From: Deltaproteobacteria bacterium
Lineage (GTDB): Bacteria; Myxococcota_A; Polyangia; Fen-1088
Direction of reading: 5' to 3'
Length of the DNA: 64,000 bases
Assembly: GCA_033763315.1 (NCBI GenBank)
Contig: JANRKS010000031.1
Coordinates: 32,001 to 96,000, forward strand
Shown here: positions 30,719 through 40,231 of the stretch, piece by piece
How positions within the stretch are numbered: position 1 is the stretch's first letter
Layout of the letters: every line of letters starts with the position of its first letter
Position numbers and translations under genes: made by a program
Notes under the pieces: model-generated
Databases searched by the model: none
Told to the model about the DNA's origin: nothing
Seen by the model: only the letters and a program-made list of their open reading frames with translations

Positions 30719-31906
30719 TCAGAAATTCACCGCAGCGCCCGTGGTTGCGGTGAAACGCACGAACGATGATTCTGCGAACTGCGCGTCTGGGCTCGGGCTA
30801 TAGGCCAATCCCAACGATGCAAACAGCGCGGTGCTGTTCGATAGGTTGTACTGCGCGCCCACTGCCGGGCGTGCCTCAAACGCGCTGAGCGCCCCGGTAA
30901 CCTCAACGGCGCCGGGTGTGAGCAACGCGCTTTGCGCCTGCAAGCCGCTCACGATCATCATGCCCAGACCCACGCGCCCAAACAACGCCACCTGGTTCGG
31001 CACCACGTAATACTTAAGCGTGGGCGTGGCCAATAAAGACGTAAAAGTGATGCGGTTGTCGTTCTCGGACATGAACGTCACCTGTGCTTCGCCACCCAAA
31101 GAGAATTGCAGGTCGTCGCGTGACCACAGCCGATAGCCGCCGGATAAGGCAAACCCTGCCGCGGGTCCGGCGCCGTCAGGCGCGCCCGCGAGCCACAGGT
31201 TAAGCCCCGCCGACACCGCAAGTTCGATCGCGCCTGGGTCAGAGGACTCAACGGGGGCGGCGACGGCCGTCACAGACGCTGCCTCTGAAGGCTTTGCTGA
31301 CGCAGCCACGGGCTGCACCACGGCAGAGGAGCGCGCTTGCAGGGTCACTTCCAAACGTTCCTCCGTGCCTTCCTTCAGTTGCAGCCGCCGCTCAAACGCC
31401 GTGAAGCCGTCTTTCTCAATACGCAGCGTGTGTTGGCCGGCGTCCACGTACACGCCGTTGACTAAGGGCGTGGTGGCCACCGGTTTGCCATCGATTAACA
31501 CAGCGGCATCGTATTCGCTGCAGTTCACTTCGATCTTTGCCACGTGCGCGGCCAAGTCGTCGCGTTGCTTGCGCGCATCAGCCAGAAATTCAGGCGGAAC
31601 GTTCTGCGCGTCTTTGAGAAACAGATCAAACGCCACCAAGGCCTCGGCGTCCTTGCCCAAATTCTTCAAGGCCACGCCAATGTTGTATTGGTAGCGTGCG
31701 TTTGGGAACACGCTGTACGCCTTGCGGAAGGCTTCCACCGCTTGTTCAAGCTTGCCTTGCGACAACAGTTTGCCGCCATCAGTTGCAAGTTGCTTGGCTT
31801 GCTCACGCTGCTCATTGGTTTGTGCGTGCACAACAAGTGCGTTGCTGGCGGCACACGCGGAAAACACACAGGCGAGCGTTAAGGATCTTGTTAGGCGAAA
31901 CGGCAT
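30719..31906 (-). CDS. Exported TPR + PEGA protein with C-terminal outer-membrane beta-barrel-like domain
   Basis: Signal peptide; TPR (EAFRKAY...YNIG); PEGA (AAVLIDGK..TTPL..GQHTLRIEKDGF); alternating strands ending in a terminal Phe. Confidence 0.8.
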   Translation of the reverse strand: MPFRLTRSLTLACVFSACAASNALVVHAQTNEQREQAKQLATDGGKLLSQGKLEQAVEAFRKAYSVFPNARYQYNIGVALKNLGKDAEALVAFDLFLKDAQNVPPEFLADARKQRDDLAAHVAKIEVNCSEYDAAVLIDGKPVATTPLVNGVYVDAGQHTLRIEKDGFTAFERRLQLKEGTEERLEVTLQARSSAVVQPVAASAKPSEAASVTAVAAPVESSDPGAIELAVSAGLNLWLAGAPDGAGPAAGFALSGGYRLWSRDDLQFSLGGEAQVTFMSENDNRITFTSLLATPTLKYYVVPNQVALFGRVGLGMMIVSGLQAQSALLTPGAVEVTGALSAFEARPAVGAQYNLSNSTALFASLGLAYSPSPDAQFAESSFVRFTATTGAAVNF

Positions 31907-31910
31907 CACA

Positions 31911-33572
31911 TCACTCGGTAAAGATAAACGGGCGGTTGGCAAGCGTAATCACGCGGCTGCGCGTGGCTTTGAATTCGTGTTCTTCGGGGTGAAAGCTGGG
32001 CGTCTCGAAACGCAGCTTGTGATTCTTTCCATCACGCGGCACCTTGATTGGCATCGCCACTTTCTGGCCATCCAAAAGGGCAGAGACGCCTGTGCGTCCG
32101 TTCTTCACGCGCACATAAACGAAGGGCTCGTTGTCTTCGCCAGCGCCCGGTGTCGCGGCGGGTTCGGCTGGTGCCACTGGTGCTGGGGCAGGCGCCGCGG
32201 GGGCGGGCTCAGGCGTGGGTGCCTTAACAACAGGCTCGGGCGCCACCGGTGCGGTGACCACAGGCTCTGGTGGCGGTGGTGGCTGTAAGGCAGGCGCCGC
32301 AGCGGGCATGGCAACCGGCGCAGGCGCCTTGGATCGCAAGGTGAAGTAGCCGCCCGCCACAAGGGCAACCACGGCGGCCACCGCGACGAGGGGCAGAGCG
32401 CCCTTAGACTTTGCCGTCGTCGCATTCTTTTCGCCGGCGCCAGCGCTCAGCGTGGTGGAGCTGGCGCTTTTGGGCAAAGGCGTGGGCACAAGCGCCGCGG
32501 CAGCCTGCCCCGAGATCAAACGCGTGCTGGAAATCGGAGCGCTGGGCTCCGCGGCTATCGGCGCCTGTGGTGCGTGAACGGGCGGCGCCGTGGCGGCCAG
32601 TGCCGCAACTTTCTCCACGGCGTCGGCGGTGGGCAAGGCTTCGGTGGTGCGTTCGCCTTTGCGACCGGCGCTGGTCACCATGTATCCAACGCCCGGCAAC
32701 ATCATCGTGCCTGCAAGCCCCATCTCGCTGGCGATCTTGCCCAACGCCTTCGTGATCGCCGCCATGTTTTCAGGCCGCGCTTCGGGCGCTTTGGCCAAAA
32801 GCTTATCCACAAGATCGTCAAGGGACGCTGGCACTTCGGGGCGCAGCGATCGCACGCGTGGCGGTGGTTCGTGCAAGTGTGCGGCGATCAGTTCGCCGGG
32901 AAACTCGTGGATGAAAGGCGGCCTGCCGGTGAGCATCGCAAACAAGATGCAGCCGAAGGCGTAGATGTCTGAACGCGCGTCCACATACCCGGCACCGCGG
33001 CATTGTTCGGGTGCCATGTAAAGCGGCGTGCCCAACATCATGCCCGTTTGGGTTTTTTGCATACCACCGGCCATTTTTCCGGAGATCTTGGCGATGCCGA
33101 AGTCGAGCAACTTCACCATCTCCAGCGCGGGATCCACGGGGCTGGGTATCAAGAACACGTTGTCGGGTTTCAGATCGCGGTGAACGATGCCCGCGGCGTG
33201 TGCCACGCCCACACCCACGGCGATTTGGCGCGCGAACTCCAAGGATTGCGGCACCGACAAGCGGTTCACCCGGCGCAAACGGCTGCCGAGGTTTTCGCCC
33301 TCAAGGTATTCCATGACCAAATAGGCGCTGCCATCTTTGGCGTGCCCGAAATCGATCACGTCCACCAGCGACGGGTGGCGCAGGCTTGCGGTGGCCTTTG
33401 CTTCATTGAAGAAGCGATCCACGGCTTCTTGGCGGTTGGAATACTCAGCGAGAAGAACTTTGATCGCGACCTTGCGATCGATCAACTTGTGGCGGCCTAA
33501 GAACACAGCGCCCATGCCACCAACGCCGATCTGATCGATGATCTCGTAGCTGCCGAGGGTTTCTCCAATCAT
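31911..33572 (-). CDS. Membrane Ser/Thr protein kinase with Pro-rich linker and small PEGA-like C-terminal domain
   Basis: GVGGMG; VAIK; HRDLKPDN; DFG; YMAPE; TM LPLVAVAAVVALVAGGYF. Confidence 0.94.
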   Translation of the reverse strand: MIGETLGSYEIIDQIGVGGMGAVFLGRHKLIDRKVAIKVLLAEYSNRQEAVDRFFNEAKATASLRHPSLVDVIDFGHAKDGSAYLVMEYLEGENLGSRLRRVNRLSVPQSLEFARQIAVGVGVAHAAGIVHRDLKPDNVFLIPSPVDPALEMVKLLDFGIAKISGKMAGGMQKTQTGMMLGTPLYMAPEQCRGAGYVDARSDIYAFGCILFAMLTGRPPFIHEFPGELIAAHLHEPPPRVRSLRPEVPASLDDLVDKLLAKAPEARPENMAAITKALGKIASEMGLAGTMMLPGVGYMVTSAGRKGERTTEALPTADAVEKVAALAATAPPVHAPQAPIAAEPSAPISSTRLISGQAAAALVPTPLPKSASSTTLSAGAGEKNATTAKSKGALPLVAVAAVVALVAGGYFTLRSKAPAPVAMPAAAPALQPPPPPEPVVTAPVAPEPVVKAPTPEPAPAAPAPAPVAPAEPAATPGAGEDNEPFVYVRVKNGRTGVSALLDGQKVAMPIKVPRDGKNHKLRFETPSFHPEEHEFKATRSRVITLANRPFIFTE

Positions 33573-33649
33573 TGGTGTTATGGGCTTTCAGGGGTTGGGG
33601 CCGCTGCGGTTGCGGCGCCTCAATTCTAATGCATCTAAGGCCGAACGCC

Positions 33650-35665
33650 CTAAGGCAGACTCAAGGTTCGCGTGGCGATTCCAGGTGCCCCGGCGTAGCC
33701 TGGCTCGGGGCCCGTGATCTCTGGGCCGCCCACACCTGGCAGGCCAACGACGATCATGTTGGTGTCCACCGCACCCACAGGATCGAGTCCCGTGGCCACG
33801 CTGTTAAAGAGCACAACGCCGGCCGACAGGCCACCGCGGCCGCCTTGGCCCGCGAGCCCCGGGCGTCCTTCAGAGCCATTGCCTCCATTGCCGCCGCGGC
33901 CCGTGCGGGTGTTGAAAAACGGAAATGGGTCGCCGCCTCTGCCGCCATTGCCGCCTTTGCCTCCGAGCGCTCCCGCACCGCCTCTGCCGCCATTGCCGCC
34001 GTTGGCTGTGGTGATGGAAAGGCAAGCCACGCTTGGGTTGGCAGATGAAACCAGAAGGCCGATGCTGGCGCCGCCGGCCAAGCCGCCTTCACCGCCAGGG
34101 CCGCCGTCGCCACCGCCGCCGCCCGCCCCGCCACTGGAGCCGGGTAGGGTTGTGCAGTTGATGGGGATGCCTCCAGGAGCGGCGCACACACCAAAAGACG
34201 AGCCACCACCCGAGCCACCGAAGCCCACGCTGCCCTTGGCGCCTGCGCTTCCGGGCGCGCCGATCCAGCTGGCAATGCCGCCGCTGGTCACAACCGTGCC
34301 CGCGGCTTGCGCCGGCGCCGGCGGGCGGCTGGTCAGCTCGGCAGCCGCGCCCATGCCACCCGGTGAGCCATCAAGCCCAAAAGGTGCTTGATTGATACAC
34401 ACGCACCCCGCCGTGCCCAAGGAATTGGTCATCCCGCCTGGGCCCCCAGGAACACCACCGTTGTCGCCCCCTTTTTCACCCACGATGCTCATGGCTGCAC
34501 CGCCATACCCGCCGGGTGAGCCCTGGTAACAGTTGGTCACAGACTCAAAGCCCATGGTGCGTGTGGGATTTTGTGGCGTGCCCCATTTTCCAGGGCAACC
34601 GTTCTGGCCCGGTTCGGGGCGGCGGCCATCGGCCCCCACGCCTCCGTTTTTGGCAATCAGGGTTGTGTTGATGAGACGCACGCGCGCCTCAGGAACCCCG
34701 GCGTCGGCGCCTGCATCGGGGGCGCCAGCGTCTGCCGCGGCGCCGGCCGGTGCCGGGACGTCCTGCAAGATGGCGGCGATTGACGAGGCACCAGGGCCGG
34801 CCGCGGCGGCTTCGAAGATGAAACCTTCCACCACATAAAGCCCGCCCACATCACCACGCGTGTAATCAGCCACAAACGGTACACCCGCTGCGGGCGCCAC
34901 CTTGGTGCGCGTCAGAGGATCGCGCGTTTTGAAATCAGCGGCGTAACCACCATACAAGGCAATGCCACGCGGCAGTCGCAAAGCCTCAGCGTAAACGATG
35001 GGTGCGCCCGCGGCGTCTTTGCTCGCGACGTAAATTTGATTTCGATCAGGGTCGGCGTCCGCCACCGAAATGGCGTATCCGATCGTCTTAAACGGCCGGG
35101 TTGGGTTGCGGCCATAACCTTCGGCGTCTTTGCCGGTGGCGCCATTGACCAGCAAGGCCGCCGCCAGGTAACCATCAACGCCATCGCCATCAAGGTCGGC
35201 GTTCGCCACGGTGCCACACGATTCGGCGGCCACCGCGCCAGGCGCGAGCAGCTGCATCGAATCGGGTACATCCCTTTGGCATTTTGTGTTGATGCCCGGA
35301 TCCATATCCAGCGTGCCGGCGGGGCAGGCGGTGCATTCGTAAAGCGGTGCGCGGTCGATGCACTTGGTGAGCGGATCACATGCGGCCAAGCCGGCGGCAC
35401 ATTCATCAATGTTCACGCACGAGGTTCCATCACCCACAAAACCGGCGGCACAGCGGCAGGCGTAGCCCGTGGCCTCTGCAACGCATGCGGCGTTGGTGCC
35501 GCAAGCGGTGGCACATCCGGCGGGTGCATCCACGCCGCCATCGCCAGTTCCCCCGGATGTTTTGATTTCACCGCACGCGGCCACCGCGCCCAAGCCGAGC
35601 AACGGCAACACACGACACAACGTCAACAAAGACCACTTCGCTTTTAGGTCACGGGGCGCACTCAT
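33650..35665 (-). CDS. Lipoprotein with EGF-like repeats, DUF1565-like segment and PGRS-like Gly-rich C-terminus
   Basis: Lipobox VAAC; C..NAAC..Y.C.C..GFVGDG..C.NIDEC; DLDGDGVDG; PFKTIGYAI; LYGGY; GGxGGxGG tracts. Confidence 0.78.
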   Translation of the reverse strand: MSAPRDLKAKWSLLTLCRVLPLLGLGAVAACGEIKTSGGTGDGGVDAPAGCATACGTNAACVAEATGYACRCAAGFVGDGTSCVNIDECAAGLAACDPLTKCIDRAPLYECTACPAGTLDMDPGINTKCQRDVPDSMQLLAPGAVAAESCGTVANADLDGDGVDGYLAAALLVNGATGKDAEGYGRNPTRPFKTIGYAISVADADPDRNQIYVASKDAAGAPIVYAEALRLPRGIALYGGYAADFKTRDPLTRTKVAPAAGVPFVADYTRGDVGGLYVVEGFIFEAAAAGPGASSIAAILQDVPAPAGAAADAGAPDAGADAGVPEARVRLINTTLIAKNGGVGADGRRPEPGQNGCPGKWGTPQNPTRTMGFESVTNCYQGSPGGYGGAAMSIVGEKGGDNGGVPGGPGGMTNSLGTAGCVCINQAPFGLDGSPGGMGAAAELTSRPPAPAQAAGTVVTSGGIASWIGAPGSAGAKGSVGFGGSGGGSSFGVCAAPGGIPINCTTLPGSSGGAGGGGGDGGPGGEGGLAGGASIGLLVSSANPSVACLSITTANGGNGGRGGAGALGGKGGNGGRGGDPFPFFNTRTGRGGNGGNGSEGRPGLAGQGGRGGLSAGVVLFNSVATGLDPVGAVDTNMIVVGLPGVGGPEITGPEPGYAGAPGIATRTLSLP

Positions 35666-35703
35666 GGCGCGCACAGCGTAACACTCTTGCGCAAAACCGT
35701 CGC

Positions 35704-36528
35704 CTACTTCGTGGCGCTGCGATGAATGGCGTGCAGCCAGCGCCACAACGTGGCGATCTCGGCGTTGCTTACATGGTTAAGCACCGGCATCGTGCCTTCG
35801 GTGAAACCCTTGACCTTTTCATGCAGGCTTGGGTGTTGGCTTTGATCGGTTTCGGCCAGGGGCGGCACCCGGCGGTAGGCGTCCATGTTGCTCAAGAAGT
35901 CGGGGCCGCGTTTGGCGCCCTGCCCGCCGATGCCATGGCAGCTTTGGCAATGTTTCAAGTAAAGGGGCCAGCCCGATCGATCGGGAAGGTGCCGTGTGGG
36001 TTGCGCGAGCCCGGCTTCATAAACCTTCCACGTGACCAGGCGAATGGCCTGCAGCTGCGTGGGGTAGTGCCAGAGGCTGTAAGTGGTGACTTCCTTTTTG
36101 TAGATGACTTTGGGGCACGTCAGATCAAACTTCTTTTGCACCGGATAGGTGGCGCCAAAGTGATTCAACACATCGCCGTGCTCGAACGCGACGAAGATGT
36201 TGTCCAGCTCGGCCGCGTCGCTGCGTTTGACGGGGATCTGCATGCCGTCCGCATAGATAAACACCACCGCGTCCACAGCTTTGGGTGCCTTGATATGCTT
36301 GAGCAACTCGGCCAACGAAACCCCGCGCACGTTGTGTTCGCGGCCGTCTTGCACATCATAGACGCTGGCCTGGTGTTGCACGTCACGCCCAAGTGAAAGC
36401 GTTTTGGCGGCCGTTGCAGCGCCTTTGATGGGCCCCCACTGCAGTGTAACCGCAGGGCTTTCGTCAGCCCATGCCACCTTGCCGCTGGCCACAACAAACA
36501 CCAAAGAACACAACAACACACTTCGCAT
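35704..36528 (-). CDS. Exported monoheme cytochrome c with uncharacterised N-terminal domain
   Basis: Signal peptide ending AWA; CQSCH..G.G...GP; distal GTMP Met ligand. Confidence 0.82.
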   Translation of the reverse strand: MRSVLLCSLVFVVASGKVAWADESPAVTLQWGPIKGAATAAKTLSLGRDVQHQASVYDVQDGREHNVRGVSLAELLKHIKAPKAVDAVVFIYADGMQIPVKRSDAAELDNIFVAFEHGDVLNHFGATYPVQKKFDLTCPKVIYKKEVTTYSLWHYPTQLQAIRLVTWKVYEAGLAQPTRHLPDRSGWPLYLKHCQSCHGIGGQGAKRGPDFLSNMDAYRRVPPLAETDQSQHPSLHEKVKGFTEGTMPVLNHVSNAEIATLWRWLHAIHRSATK

Positions 36529-36540
36529 GGGTTGCCTTAC

Positions 36541-36556
36541 AGCAAGGGTCGTGCCC
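36541..36556 (-). promoter_or_regulatory. Candidate sigma-54 promoter
   Basis: Minus strand GGGCAC-GACCC-TTGCT is near-consensus -24/-12 and ends 12 nt before ATG 36528. Confidence 0.55.
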
Positions 36557-36633
36557 CCGCTGTGGGGGCTTTATTCGGGCCGAGGCGCGCGCAAGCTGCG
36601 TTGCCCGCACGGGCGCCCGCACAGGTTGCGCGT

Positions 36634-37815
36634 TTACTTCAGCGAGGCAGGTCGACAGCCGAGGGGCACACGCCCCACAAGTTGCAATTCATCACCCTTG
36701 ACCGACAACACCGTGAGATCGCGATCGCGGAAATTGCCCGCGATCACGTGGCTGCCATCGGCGGCGAAGCGTGCGCCCTCGGCCATCGTGCCGACCTCTA
36801 TCGGGGTGTGTGCCGTCACCTGGCCCGTGGCGCTGATCGACAACAAACGCACTTGGCCCGTCTTGTGGGCGTAAGGCGCGTTGGGCGGGCTATTGCTGCC
36901 GTTGATCAGCACCACCGCCACGTGCGAACCGTCAGGGCTGATTGCCAACCCTTCAGGGCCGTCGCCCACGATCACCGCTTGTGACACACGCGGTTGCGCT
37001 TGCAAATCGATGACGCTCACGGCATCGGGGACGCCATCGGATCCTGTTTTGTCGCCCATGTTGCCCACGAACGCGAATCGGCCGTTCGGTGCGATGGCCA
37101 CGGAATAAGGAAATGGACCCACCTCCACACGGCCCGCCACCGTCACGGCTCGGCCGCTCACGTTCAACAGCGTGATCGATTGCGCGTCGTAGTTGCTCAC
37201 AAGGGCGCGCTTGCCATCGGGCGTAAACTTCACGTCGGCCGCTTCTGCGTCCACGCCGACCTCAGCTGTGACTTGCGGGGGCACAAGGCGCAGATCGATC
37301 ACAGAAACAGATCGACTCTTGCGGTTGGCCACCAGCGCCAGCGCGCCGTCGGGGGCAATGTCGACGCCTGATGGCTGCTTGCCAACGATCACTTGCGTGA
37401 CCATGTGTGCGGCGGCGGGGCGCAAGTCAATGACGTGCAGTTCATTGTCAGGCACGTTGCTCCACTTGCCGGCGTCCATCGTCATGCGAATGGAACTGGC
37501 GATAAGCGCGAGGCTACCGGTGCGTGACAGCACCAGGTTGGTTGGCGGCCCATAAACAGAATTGCGCAGGGGCAGTCGCGCCTTCACTTTGGGCTGCGCC
37601 GGGACGCCCAAGTCGAGAATCACCAACTCGTCAGCGCCCGGCGCGGCTGGTTGCAGGCCTGCGAAATCATCCCAGCCCGTTGTTTCGTCGCAACCCACCA
37701 AGGCGGTGGTGGCGGCATCAAGTGCAGCGCCAGCCTTTGACGCTGGGGTTGGCTTGTGAGCGCAGGCCGAAAACACAGCCAAACACAGCAGCGAATACGA
37801 AAAGCGTGGCGTCAT
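36634..37815 (-). CDS. YncE/YVTN-type beta-propeller lipoprotein
   Basis: Lipobox FSAC; repeated VG..P.G..I.PDG..A.V.N....VSVIDL blades; AAGGGG RBS. Confidence 0.85.
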   Translation of the reverse strand: MTPRFSYSLLCLAVFSACAHKPTPASKAGAALDAATTALVGCDETTGWDDFAGLQPAAPGADELVILDLGVPAQPKVKARLPLRNSVYGPPTNLVLSRTGSLALIASSIRMTMDAGKWSNVPDNELHVIDLRPAAAHMVTQVIVGKQPSGVDIAPDGALALVANRKSRSVSVIDLRLVPPQVTAEVGVDAEAADVKFTPDGKRALVSNYDAQSITLLNVSGRAVTVAGRVEVGPFPYSVAIAPNGRFAFVGNMGDKTGSDGVPDAVSVIDLQAQPRVSQAVIVGDGPEGLAISPDGSHVAVVLINGSNSPPNAPYAHKTGQVRLLSISATGQVTAHTPIEVGTMAEGARFAADGSHVIAGNFRDRDLTVLSVKGDELQLVGRVPLGCRPASLK

Positions 37816-37908
37816 TGCCCCTTGCTTAAAACGAAAGCGCCCGCCAACGCAACCAGGCCGCGTGGCCAATGCCACATTTGGTGCCAAAGGCTGGCGTCCT
37901 GGCGGCGT

Positions 37909-39714
37909 GTGGCTCAAGTTAACGCCACCTTGGCACGCAACCGCAGCAAACTTGCCCCTGAAGAAAAAGCCCGCAACCCGAAGCTTTCGTTGAAGCGTTT
38001 GGTGGGGTTGGCTCGGCCGCAGCGCAAGCGCCTGGCCATTGCAACGGTGTTCCTGATTGTGGGGAGTGCGGCGTCTTTGGCATTTCCGCAAGGCGTGCGT
38101 CGGGTGATTGACGAGGCCTTGGCGGGGGCCAGCCCGGGCGCGCTGAACCGCGCGGCGATCATGATGGCGGTGGTGTCGCTGGTGTTCGGGTTATCGATCG
38201 CGTGTCGCTATGTCTTGTTCACGGTGGCGGGTGAGCGCGTGGTGGTGGATCTGCGGGCCAAGCTTTACCGCGCCATTTTGAATCAAGAGGTTGCCTTCTT
38301 CGACGCGCGCCGCACAGGTGAACTCACCAGCCGCCTGGCGTCCGATACGCAGGTGTTGCAAAACGCGGTCAGCGTGAATCTGTCGATGGCGTTGCGCAGT
38401 GGCGCGCAGGCCGTCGGGGCCATCGCTCTGCTTTTGTATACGTCCCCGATCTTGTCGGCGATCATGCTCTCCGTGGTGCCTGCGGTGGCGATGGGGGCCG
38501 TGATCTATGGCCGCCGCGTGCGCCGTTTGGCGCGCGACGTTCAGGACGCGCTGGCGTCAGCGGGCGAGATTGCCGAAGAAAGCATTGGCGGGCTGCGCAC
38601 CGTGCGAGCGTTCGCGGCTGAAGACATCGAAGGCGCTCGTTATCAATCTGCGGTGGAACGCTCTTTCGAGTTCGCGCGCAAACGCATCATTGCGGGCGGC
38701 ACGTTCATGGCTGTGGCTTCGTTTTCTGCGTATGCGTCGGCGGTGTTGGTGTTTTGGTATGGCGGTCGCTTGGTGGCCCGCGGCGATATGTCGATTGGCG
38801 GCCTCACATCGTTCTTGATGTACACGCTGATCGTCGCGTTTGCGTTGGGTGGCCTGGCTGATCTGTGGGCCGACTTCATGCGGGCCGCGGGCGCCGCGGA
38901 ACGCGTGTTTGATCTGCTGGACCGTGAACCTGCGATGTCCCTGACCGGCGGCGCCACGCTGCCCCATGTGCAGGGCCACGTTGAGCTGCAAGACGTGACG
39001 TTCGCTTACCCCACGCGCGCCGATGTGCCGGTGCTTGAAGGCCTGACGCTGCAACTGTTGCCCGGCGAGGTGGTGGCGGTGGTGGGGCCTTCGGGTGCGG
39101 GCAAATCAACGGTGGCTGCGCTCATCACGCGCTTTTACGATCCGCAAAGCGGTTCCTTAAAGCTTGACGAGCACGATCTGCGTCAACTCGACGCGCGTTG
39201 GTTGCGTTCGCAAATTGGTGTCGTCGCGCAAGAGCCTGTTTTGTTTTCGACCTCGATCGCCGAGAACATCCGTTACGGCAAGCCGGGCGCCAGCGAAGCC
39301 GAGGTGCAAGACGCCGCGCGCGCAGCGAACGCACACGACTTCGTGCTGCGTTTCCCGCAGGGCTATCAAACGCCCGTGGGTGAACGCGGGGTGCAACTCT
39401 CCGGCGGCCAGAAGCAACGCATCGCGATCGCTCGTGCCTTGCTCAAGAACCCACGCGTGCTTATCTTGGACGAGGCCACCAGCGCTTTGGATGCGGAGAG
39501 CGAGCATTTGGTGCAAGAAGCCTTGGAGCGTCTCATGCAAGGGCGCACCACCTTGATCATCGCGCACCGGCTGTCGACCGTGATGCGAGCGGATCGCGTG
39601 GTGGTTCTGAGCGGCGGCCGTGTGGCGCAAAGCGGCTCTCACGCCAGCTTGGTTAAAGAAGAGGGCCTTTACCGTCGCTTGGTGGAACGTCAGTTCGCCT
39701 TGGATGTTGCGTAA
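37909..39714 (+). CDS. ABC exporter, fused TMD-NBD (MsbA/ABCB10-like)
   Basis: FFDARRTGELTSRL; GPSGAGKS; LSGGQKQR; ILDEATSALD; IAHRLST. Start codon approximate. Confidence 0.93.
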   Translation: MAQVNATLARNRSKLAPEEKARNPKLSLKRLVGLARPQRKRLAIATVFLIVGSAASLAFPQGVRRVIDEALAGASPGALNRAAIMMAVVSLVFGLSIACRYVLFTVAGERVVVDLRAKLYRAILNQEVAFFDARRTGELTSRLASDTQVLQNAVSVNLSMALRSGAQAVGAIALLLYTSPILSAIMLSVVPAVAMGAVIYGRRVRRLARDVQDALASAGEIAEESIGGLRTVRAFAAEDIEGARYQSAVERSFEFARKRIIAGGTFMAVASFSAYASAVLVFWYGGRLVARGDMSIGGLTSFLMYTLIVAFALGGLADLWADFMRAAGAAERVFDLLDREPAMSLTGGATLPHVQGHVELQDVTFAYPTRADVPVLEGLTLQLLPGEVVAVVGPSGAGKSTVAALITRFYDPQSGSLKLDEHDLRQLDARWLRSQIGVVAQEPVLFSTSIAENIRYGKPGASEAEVQDAARAANAHDFVLRFPQGYQTPVGERGVQLSGGQKQRIAIARALLKNPRVLILDEATSALDAESEHLVQEALERLMQGRTTLIIAHRLSTVMRADRVVVLSGGRVAQSGSHASLVKEEGLYRRLVERQFALDVA

Positions 39715-39763
39715 CGCTTAAGTGCGCCTCGCAAAATGGCGATGTGGCCAGGGGGCGTCGCAT

Positions 39764-40105
39764 ATGGTGGTGGACGAAGAAGCTCTGTATGAGGCTATGG
39801 GCCAAGACGAGGACACGGTTCGCGCCGTGGTGGCCACCTTTCTGCGCGCGCTCGACGCTTACCAAGCCGAGCTCGAGGCTTGTTTGGCGGATGGGGGCAG
39901 CCAAGCGGTGCGGGAAGTGGCGCACAAGCTCAAAGGCGCGCTTGCCAATCTGCGCGCGAACGAGGCGCGCGCTTACGCTGAGGCGCTGGAGATGGCCGCG
40001 AAAGAGTCACGCAACGCTGATTTCGCGTCGCTGGCCGTGGCCCTAAGCAAAGGCATGCGTGATGTGCGCTTCTTCTTTCAAGCGTGGTCGGCAGCACACC
40101 ATTGA
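39764..40105 (+). CDS. Stand-alone Hpt (histidine phosphotransfer) protein
   Basis: AHKLKGALANL phospho-His box; about 113 aa, all helical. Confidence 0.85.
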   Translation: MVVDEEALYEAMGQDEDTVRAVVATFLRALDAYQAELEACLADGGSQAVREVAHKLKGALANLRANEARAYAEALEMAAKESRNADFASLAVALSKGMRDVRFFFQAWSAAHH

Positions 40106-40231
40106 CTACGTTGAGCCAGGATGTGAGTGGCAGAGGTTGATGAGCGTGCGTGCCGGCGTTGCATCCACGCTTGACGCTTCACTACCGACGGCGCCGATGG
40201 TCCCGGGGCAGTGTTGCGCTCAAGGAGTCGA

